Virus record (IMG/VR): IMGVR_UViG_3300033149_002227
Location: 1 to 64,000 of that record
From: an uncultured virus (IMG/VR IMGVR_UViG_3300033149_002227)
Lineage: Duplodnaviria; Heunggongvirae; Uroviricota; Caudoviricetes
Length of the DNA: 64,000 bases
Reading direction: 5' to 3' (one strand)
Shown here: in pieces, positions 18,822 through 28,700 of the stretch
How the letters are laid out: every line of letters begins with the position of its first letter
How positions within the stretch are numbered: position 1 is the stretch's first letter
Notes under the pieces: generated by a model
Database searches by the model: none
Told to the model about the DNA's origin: nothing
Seen by the model: only the letters and a program-made list of their open reading frames with translations
Made by a program: the position numbers and the translations under genes

Positions 18822-18850
18822 ACTATAGTACTGGTCTAAACCAGTGTCAA
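18822..18850 (-). promoter_or_regulatory. sigma70-type promoter TTGACA-N17-TATAGT driving the tRNA-like gene
   Basis: Near-consensus; spacer carries the inverted repeat ACTGGT-TTAG-ACCAGT. Confidence 0.85.
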
Positions 18851-18888
18851 CCTTTTTCTTTTATTTAGGTAAAATAGCCCCAAATTTC

Positions 18889-18916
18889 TTGACAAAAGTC
18901 GGTAAACCTGTATAAT
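18889..18916 (+). promoter_or_regulatory. sigma70-type promoter TTGACA-N16-TATAAT
   Basis: Perfect hexamers, divergent from the tRNA promoter. Confidence 0.8.
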
Positions 18917-18939
18917 GTATCAATCAACTGAGAAGAGAG

Positions 18940-19197
18940 ATGCCCATGTTCAAATCAATCAAAGAAATCAAGAAAGGCGACACAGTAACACTTACTGCAA
19001 TTCGCGGTGGTCATCGTGAAGTGAATTATGAAGGCACCGCGTACAATGATTATAGCGAGCAAGGCAACTGTGTTTCTCTGGTCATGAAGGGAACCAAGAA
19101 GATGTACTGTCTTCGTGAAGGCAAGTTCGGTCTTCGGTTGACCTCATACAAAGGAATCAGCCTTTGTAATGTCGCCCAAGATGGATGGTTTATTTAA
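18940..19197 (+). CDS. hypothetical early protein
   Basis: 85-aa ORF with its own promoter and a purine-rich RBS. Confidence 0.75.
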   Translation: MPMFKSIKEIKKGDTVTLTAIRGGHREVNYEGTAYNDYSEQGNCVSLVMKGTKKMYCLREGKFGLRLTSYKGISLCNVAQDGWFI

Positions 19198-19568
19198 TAA
19201 CGCATATACAAAACAGGCAAGGTATCGAATGCAATATGGGTACCATATACCGCCTCGCTTATGTTCTCACAGCATAGCTGAACGGGGCATTCCTTACCGA
19301 CGTATAATGGATTCACGTCCAGCACGGCAATAGTCCCCTTTGATTCTGGCTCGAACATATCATCACTATCGAAGTTGAAATATTGAATTTCGTATGTGAA
19401 ATCTATCACAGTGGTATTTTTGGTAAGCGTGGTGCATTCTAATTTTCCCAAGGTAAGCATCCCAACACGCTCCTCGGTCTCGATACGAGCCACAGCCAAT
19501 TTCGGCCATTCTCCCCGATAATCCGGTGCTACGCCTACGTCACTTATAATGATCCAAGATTCATACAT
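19194..19568 (-). CDS. hypothetical protein (probably leaderless)
   Basis: 124 aa; the ATG lies 8 nt below the -10 box and there is no SD. Confidence 0.7.
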   Translation of the reverse strand: MYESWIIISDVGVAPDYRGEWPKLAVARIETEERVGMLTLGKLECTTLTKNTTVIDFTYEIQYFNFDSDDMFEPESKGTIAVLDVNPLYVGKECPVQLCCENISEAVYGTHIAFDTLPVLYMRY

Positions 19569-19575
19569 TTGGCAA

Positions 19576-19604
19576 ATTTTATACCACTAAAGTGATCCAG
19601 TCAA
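19576..19604 (-). promoter_or_regulatory. sigma70-type promoter TTGACT-N17-TAAAAT
   Basis: Hexamers with 17-bp spacing upstream of 19568. Confidence 0.65.
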
Positions 19605-19670
19605 CCTTGCTGGATTTTCTTCACGAAAGTGACTATCTTATTCATGTTATTCTTCAAGAAGGTTAAGGGA

Positions 19671-19676
19671 TAAATA
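19671..19676 (+). promoter_or_regulatory. late promoter ATAAATA
   Basis: Directly upstream of the RBS of the 3409-aa gene. Confidence 0.7.
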
Positions 19677-19702
19677 ACCAGTGACTCAAGGACAACTATT
19701 CC

Positions 19703-22700
19703 ATGGCTAAAGAACGCAGAGCCTTTACAAATTACCCAGAAGGTAGTCAGACACGGCAAAACAACCAAGAGACATTCATTGCGGATGATCCCTCGTTTGA
19801 GCCCGAACAGGCTAATTTCCTTAATGGATTCATAGGTGACCTCACTAACCTCACTGCTGAGGATTTAGAACGTACTCCGCCGATCCTAGAAGGTTCCGCA
19901 GAACGGCAGAAGTATCAACTCGCTGTCGGCTCTACGTTCATCGATCCTGACACCCAAGAACGGGAGAGCGTTGCGTCCTACACCGATTTGGTGAACCAGA
20001 TTGATTCTAATGGTGGTGATGTTTCAGACCCCAACAGAATCTTCGCCGTGGATTTCTACGCTTGGACTCCACCAATTGATTACGACAAGCACATCAATTT
20101 CTCACGTTATTTGTGGATTGGTACTGGTACAGCCAATGTACAGGGTGAATACGTCACCAAAGAACAATCTCATTCCAAGACCGTAATACATCATTGGGAC
20201 GGAGCCACACTAACTCCAAATGCAGCACTCATCTTCAATGGACTTCCGACTGTTATGGCGGCTGGTACCTATGTGGAAGATGCCAGCACCACACAGCGAT
20301 TGGTTTATCTTTCCGATGGTGCCACATGGCAGCTTTTGAATTTGGAAGTAGTCTCGGACGTACCTACCGACTTTTCGGAAGTGGTCACGCCAACCTATTT
20401 CTACGTAGCCCGCACGGGTCCAGATTACCAACGTCCGATTGTATGGAAATACAGCGGTGGGGCTGGCCGATGGATTCCTCTCCCTGTTGTTATAAACAAT
20501 TCGCTGCCGGAATTCCCACGGGAGAATATGATTTGGGAAGATAGCCGTCTTGCGGGCGAGCGCGTACTGAAGTTCTTCGACAGCGGTGCATACCAGATAT
20601 TGACGTACACCGCAGCGGGTGGTCCTCCCGGAACCGCAGGAACCGATGGCGAATACATTTATGATACCCGAGAATTTGAGTCGCTGACCGATACATGGAC
20701 AACGGAGAACTGGTGGAGACATCAGGAAGACTTATCTCCCATAGATCGTGCAGCCACCGATAACGAAGACCAAGCCATCCGTCCTATCATTGAATTCTGG
20801 GACGGTATCGAGGGCATCGTTGGTGATACTAGGGATTACCGAAACGATAGTCCTGTATACAAGAAATATGCAATCGACCAGTCATCCCTCGACGGGTTTG
20901 ATACTGGCGAAGAAACCACGATATTCGAATACACACGTAGTGTTACTGGACAGGATGATCCCGTTTTGGGATTCCCCCTTACCTTCAACAATACTGGTGA
21001 ATTTCTATTCGGGCTCACTTTGGAATCTGATACAACTACGGTTATCGGGTACCATTACTTTTTGGACACAAACACCGGACTGCTACATGGCATATGGCAT
21101 AAGGCTGATGAATTGACCGAACAGGCAGTTGATGCTAACGGGTTGTACGATGTTCCTGTTGGCATGTCGGCGAACCCAGACCATGAAATATTGGTATCTG
21201 CGTCGCGTTCACGCATGCTCCGACACATGACAGGTGTCATAGGGGCTCAGGACGGCTTTGCAGGCTCGACGACGGGTCAGAACTCATACAGATGGACTGA
21301 CCGTAGTCCGACCCTCGGAGCGTCTATAATCGACGCTGAGGAGACCCTGCTGCGTACCACGGCTACGTTACAGGATGCTAATTTGGATTTCCCTGATGCA
21401 ATCCGTCGAATGGCTAAAGATTACAATAAGGTTCTGTTCCGGTTCACCAACAAGATGAATCAACTGTGGGATAATTTATCGTTTACCAATGGTAACGGTT
21501 CTTTGTACCCGGGACTAACTGCTACTGAAGCCTGTGACGCAGTGTTGACTTCTATCTTTATGGGTAGAACGGAAGATTTCCCATACTACAATTCTGAGAT
21601 GGGGACATTCCTAGAAACATTGGTTACTACCGGTACAGCGACGAATATTGATCCAAACCCACGACCAATTTATATTCCCCCATCACCACCGCGTGTTGGC
21701 GCAGCACCAGTATACGAACCCCGTTCATATGAACAACGGGACGGACAAACGGTGCTTATTGGGCATGAAGGGACGGTCATTCCTACATTCACGGATGAGC
21801 GTGATTTGATATGGCTGGAATTTCAGAACCGATTCTTCGGTGCAACACCCGATACGTTTAAGGTAGAAAGTGCGACCTACTCTTCGCGATTCAACGAAGC
21901 TGGAATCACATTATCTGACCATTACGGAAATTATGAACCCGACACGTCCATCCTACCGGTTGAAGATGTGGTTGAGGATTTCAATGCAATCGCCGGACCG
22001 GCAGACGGCTTACGAGTCTTCTCAACTAACACAGCCGTGTTCGCATTATTCAGTGCCGGTCAGTGGTTGACACGACCAGCAATAGTAGATGACATATTTT
22101 TAAACAATGGGGATGGTGAATATTACATTTTCAACGGAGTCGGTACATTTTCCATCGACAGTTGGAATCGACCATTTGCATTTGAGTACACAACTAATGA
22201 ATTCAGACAAATCATTCGTCGCGATTTTGAACGCTTCATCGTCTTCCGTGAAAACGATTTCAGTGAGAATACCACATTCGATGATTCCGATCCCTTCACT
22301 TGGAACTATCGTTCAGCAGGTGTCGAAGGGCATTATGTCGGAATCTACTCACGGGTTTACAACTCTTACCGGCCTCACAGTGCGCCTTGGGAAGTCGTGG
22401 GCTATAGTGTCGAGCCCGCGTGGTGGCGTACTAGCTACGTGCCCGATAGCACTGCTTCCGATGGATCGCCAAGATATGGAAGCGCTAATTCGATGTGGAC
22501 GGATTTCGCGGCTGGCATTGTTGATCATCCTGCGGGGTCGATCCAAAACGACCAATTTATAATGGCTGGACCGGTTCCGGTTGATGCGGTTGGTGAGTTA
22601 CTAGACCCAATCGCTGCCGGAGTTGTGGATAACGCTAAGCTGGATCAGCAACGAATTGACGATATTTGGATATTCGGCGACGGTGCTTTTATTGAGCAGG

Positions 22701-25700
22701 AATTCCTCAACAGTTCCTACTTCTCCTATTCGATAGCCCTTGCTGGTTACTTGATGAAGAATGGTCAGTGGACTGATTCCTTATGGGTATCCAATCGGGT
22801 TCCGATTGGTCAAACAGGCACCTACCCAATATTCAACAATCCTCACATTGTTAACGGGGACACACTCACACGACCAGCTATCAGTTCTCGCCCAATTCAT
22901 CTCGAAATAATCGATGGTGTTACCCAAGTAAACCTTGGTGTTCATGCGTGGATATCTGAAAAAGTCAATGTCGAAGGTGGTAGTCCCACTACGGGTTTCG
23001 CACGGATTGTAAAAAACACCTCTCCCGCTCTTATGTGGAAATGTGCGGGATACATCAACGAAGCACGAACAATTATATCGACCCTATCGCGTGCGGAAAT
23101 TCCGTTCAGTGACGTGCATGTTATTCTGCACAAATCTCAACCTATATCACAAAACTTCACCTCTGGTGTTTTGGTCGCACGAGAAGAAACTGGTGTTGGC
23201 TACCGTGTATTCGGATTTGATCCATTTGATCCATTCTTCACCATCGAACGTTCTACCATTCCGACATCCGGTGGTCAGGTGCTTCTCGCGCAAGACTTCA
23301 CCGTCGTGTACACGGATAATGACGACCCCAATATTACTGGTGGTTCTGTATTCCCAAATAAGACACTTCAGCACACATTTGAAGTTACGGATTTCAGACT
23401 CCCATCCAAATCCACAATTAAGAACACTGCGGTGCTTGCGGTTTTGGTTAACGGCTCGCGAATGAAGTCTCAGCACATAACAGTGGACAATACGAATAAC
23501 ACCGTAACCATCGAAGACCTCGTAGACCTCATAGAAGGAGATGCGATTGTAGTTCAGGTTTTGACCACACAGTCTGATACATCTGCGCAAATACGACAGT
23601 TTGTCGTTAACGGTGTGACCTTCCCATACTTTGCATCTGGTAGTGGTGAATATGATCGCATTGAGTACGGACGCTATTTCGAAACCTCCACTGAAGTTAT
23701 CAACTTCATGCTTGGTTACGGACGCTTCTTGGTAGCACAGGGTTGGATTTTCGATACACTCTCCGAAGGTGGTGCTACTCGTGATTGGATGCTTGGTGCA
23801 CAAAGATTTGCCCGATGGGTTTTGGATGTCGAAAGTGTTTGGAACAGAAATCCAAAAACAGACATTCTCGACGAAGGAACGTTCTATTACAGCCCAATCA
23901 TGAATGAGGCTAACTTCGTTTCACCATTTGGTCAGACTACTAGCGTAGAAACCATCGAGAACGGTGCATATGGCATTCTTAACCGAAACGCCGAACCCAT
24001 CAAGTCTGATGGAACATTAGTATCCCGAATCGATGACCGCATCGAAGTGACCCGTACCGATATAACCGATGACCAAACCGAAATATTCGGATTACGTGTT
24101 AATCTCATTGAAGCTGAACATGTTGTGGTATTCTCCAACATCACTCGATTCAATGATGTTATCTATGACCCTATTAGTGGTCTGGCACAACGTACATTGG
24201 TGGTTGACTCGTACCGCACATTGAACTGGCAAGGACGACTGGAAGCTGATGGTTATATTCTGAGTGGTGGTTCTATTCTGCCAAACTTTGAAAAGCAAGC
24301 ATTCGATTTTACCAGATTCTATGACCGTTTCAATACTGTTGATGACCCGACGAAGCGAGAGCTTGCCCGTGACCTATATGGTTACGTTCCGGCAAATCAG
24401 TCACGTTCGGTAACAACTGGAAACCGTACCCCGAACATTGAGCGTCGTGTTACTTCCGATAGTTCACAATACATGATACCTGTTGGAGCAGCCGACCGCT
24501 CGCGCTTTGATTATTATCGCGGAATGGTTCAAGCCAAAGGTACGAACCGTGCCATCTACGCGTTTACACGTGGTAGCACAATTGGCCGTGATAAATTCAC
24601 CATCAATGAAGATTGGGCGTGGAAGATTGGTCCTCCAGAATTTGGTGACACTCGCAGAGAAGTAATCCGCCTTAATGTGTCTTCTTTGGACTTCCGTGAC
24701 GAAGCTCAGGTCGTAAACTTTGGTGATCCAATTGACACCCGCAACAACACTATTGAGGTGCTGGACTTTGACCGTACCGATCCTGATAATAATCCTAGAT
24801 GGATCGTGCCACCGTCGGAATGCGAAACAGAAGACTCTTGTAATTTGAAATTCCCTATTGACAGAGATACGGGATTGATTGATGTTGACCAGTACGCTTA
24901 CTACGCCAAACTGTATGATATACCGAATAATATCAACATATTAAATCACGTTCAATACGATCCTCAATTGGAGAAGTTCGATACCGGCGCTACATGCTTC
25001 TTGGACTATAGAGTTGACAATGATCCAGCACGATACAATGCTGGACCGGGCGCTTCGTTCTCGAACGACCGATGTTGGAGAGAGCCCCAAGTTGGTTCCT
25101 TATGGTGGAACCCTCTCAGGAAGTTGTACATTCCATATCGCGACTTATTGCCTGAATACGAATCCGCTGCTAAGTTCTGGGGAGACCCACTGTATTACAA
25201 GTCTACCATCGAACGGCCAGATGATGACGACCGAACAGTCATCACCACGTATGATTACTTGGACATCACCCGCATCACACCGGTACCCCATGGCATAACC
25301 ATCGGTGATACTATAGTTGTGTCAATTCAAAAATGCACACAGTCGGAGTACAATCTGACAAATGTTGAAGTGACAGCAACGTCAACAACCGAACTTGAGT
25401 TTGAAATAGAGTCAAATCCAGATACTCCTGCTACGGGTGATCCTGAAGTAGTATTCGGTCACATCGACATATATGAGTGGGTGGAATCTCCCGTTCTTCC
25501 ATCTGAATGGGAAGAATACGTGGAGGGACTGAATGACCCGAATCATCCTAATGGTACTCCGCTGAATGTGGACGACCCATCGTTTGTAGAAATCACTACC
25601 CTTACCACTGGTAACGCACAGACCACTCTTTACTATTTCTGGGTTCTGAACAGCACCGGGGACAACCCAAGAGGCAAAGACCTGACTGCTTTCCAAATTT

Positions 25701-28700
25701 CATCTAGAATAGCCGACCCTACTGCTAATCAGGTACCGTGGTTTGCTCCTGTGGATGAAAATAACATGATCATCTTCACTGATGGTGAAAAGGTACTTGA
25801 TAATTACGGTCTAGAAATAATCATCGACCAACGATTCCTACAAACCCACGGAGCGTTTGTTCTATTCACACAAGGAAGTGATTTCTTCCCTGTTCCTCCA
25901 GAAATTGTAGAAAAGATGGCAGACTGCCTCGCGCAACTCGACGGAAAGGGTAGTGTGGTTCCATCACCAATGTTGGCTCCATCAGAAAAATACGGTTCAT
26001 GCTTTTTCCCAATTCAAACGGTATTTGCTGATGTATCTTCGGCGGTTGATGTTTACGTCAGTTCAATCAACCGAATTTTCAGTAGAAAGAATCTATCGGA
26101 AATCGATATCCTGACCGGTATCTTCAAATTGGATGATGAATTCTCTGATACCAATCCTGATGGTTTTTGGCAACGGGCACCATACGTTAACCGGAGCGTA
26201 GAAGGAGATGAAGTATACGAAGCCGTACAGACAACCGCAGAACGAGATCGTCGGTTCGCCGAAAATCTTTACGCTGAAGGGGACATCGTTCGAGTGATTG
26301 AATCCGGGCAAACTGACCCATGGACAGGGCTTGAAGTTCCTTCAAATTACCAACTCACTGATGGGTTGTTCATAGAGGTAGGTGTTGACAATAATACCGC
26401 GACTATAAACAGAAACATCGTAATCGACCAAGAACGCTTCCGTGGTTCTGCTGGACAAATCGCTGGTGCGTTGTATTTCCTAATTTACGACGTACTGGAA
26501 AAGGGTGAACAGAATGATCTGATGTACTCCTTGATGCACGAAATGAAAGTTCAGCATCCAGACCCGCGTTGTGATTGGTTCTTCAAGACCTCATACATTA
26601 CTACGTTGGTGAGCACGTCTACGGATAACTCTCCATTCGTTCGACCAGATGAAGTGTCAGCAATTCGGGACAATATCCTGAACACCAAACCATTCCGAAC
26701 CAAATTCCGTGGCGACGTTAATGCTGTTTCGTCGGCTGAAATAGAAGATTTCGGCACGAACCTGTTAGAGTTTCCTGACAAGAAGATTACCATGGTACTT
26801 GACCGCCTTTCGTGTAATGCGTTGGATGATTGTGGGTGGGAATCTGGTGCTTGGGACTCTCGACAACTTCCTTGCTCTGTATGGGACAAGCCACTCTGGG
26901 ATTACGACGATTTGGGTCGCCAAGAATATTACCTGTTGGGAACATTTACAGGTGATAATGCTACTAAAAAATTCGTATTCGATGCCATCTTCGATCCTAC
27001 ATTGTACAACATCAAAACCGTTGTTAAACAGAGCGGTGTCGAAGTTGATGCTGACTACATAGTAGTAACCACAAGTCATACCCAAGTGTTCGTCGATACC
27101 ACATTTTCTCTCGCGTCAACATTCACTGTTGAGGTGTTACAGGCACAAGGCTTCTATGCTGATGCAGACCCGACATTCATCGGTACCACATTAGACGAAT
27201 CGTTGTTCTTACCAGCACCAAGTGACTACTTGCACGCTGTTCCGAGAACTCAGGTTCCTCCGACGGAATTCTATACTGTTGTCGGCGGCGACGGAAATAC
27301 GTTTACCACAACGTCGAGCCCATGGATTGAACTTTATCTGAATGGTGTTCTTTTGGAACCATTTGTTGATTATGTGTACGCATTCGATTATGCACTCTCC
27401 ACGTTTTCAGCAATTCTTACAGTTGCTCCGACCCCGGGTGATGAAATCGCATACGGTTTCATCCGTGGTTGCTACGACATTAATGATCCAATGGGTGGAC
27501 GACCAGAAGAACGCATCGTCACCGCAGTAACGGACAGTGTTAATATCTGCGTAATCAACGATTACACGCAAGCCTACCTTGGGTGGGATACAACTCCGTG
27601 GGATGTAGCTGCATGGGATCAAGGACCGGTTAACGTCGGTCGCCGCGTGTTCATCATGAGTGTGGGTGAGCAAGAAAATATTCCTCCGGGAACAGAATTC
27701 TTTAATACGTCCGAAGACATCACGGTTATCGATGCAGCGCTGATTATGGGTACAAGTCCAATATCCTACGAGATCGTCTCGATAGAACTACAGAAAGGCG
27801 GAATTGGTGTTTTTACACCAATGACGGAAGGGGTCGAATATGGATTCATTGGAACGTTCAACAACGCAATTACAACCTTGGCACCAGATCAGGAAGACTT
27901 CATTACTAATGGAGTAGACTTTGTATTTGCAACTACTGGTGGTACCGAAATTCTGTACGTATTCCTAGATGGTGCATTGAAGACCGAAGGCATTGAGTAT
28001 ACGCTAGACGTTACGCGCACCATCATCACATGGACACAACCTGCGCCAGTAATAAGCCCTAATAATGCAACCGCTGCTAGCACCGACGAAGTAGGTGATG
28101 GATTCACAACGGACTACGAAACCGGACACGCGGATGACTCGTTGAACATAGACAATATGTTTGTCTTCCAGAATAGAGACCTTGTTCCGACCGCAGACTA
28201 CTCGGTTGTTGCCGGTGTTGCCGATCTACGTTTTGATACTGCACCTCTGTTGGATGATGAGCTTATTTTCCACACAGTGGGCAACACCTTCGCAGATAAT
28301 TCGGTAGCGTTCACCGTGGACACCTTCACGGCGGGTGCAGCACAGACTATATTCACTACTACTTCCGGTGGATTTGCTACTTCCGAATCAACGTGGGTTT
28401 TTGTTGATGCTAGATACCAAGTAGAAGGAACCGATTACAACGTGACTGGTGTAGACCAAGTTACCTTCACTGCACCAATGGCGGGTGGTGAAGCGGTTGA
28501 AACGCGAGTCATTAATAAGGGTGTCATTAATGTCGAACACATTGTATTCACCTCAACCGCAACCAATGGTGCACCAACTGACATAATCGCCGGATTAAAC
28601 GATGCAAACCCAATTCATCGCACGTTAGTATTTGTTGATGATGAAATTCAGAATGGATGGAAGTCTGCGCCTGAGAATCCAGATTATTCTATTCTGAACA

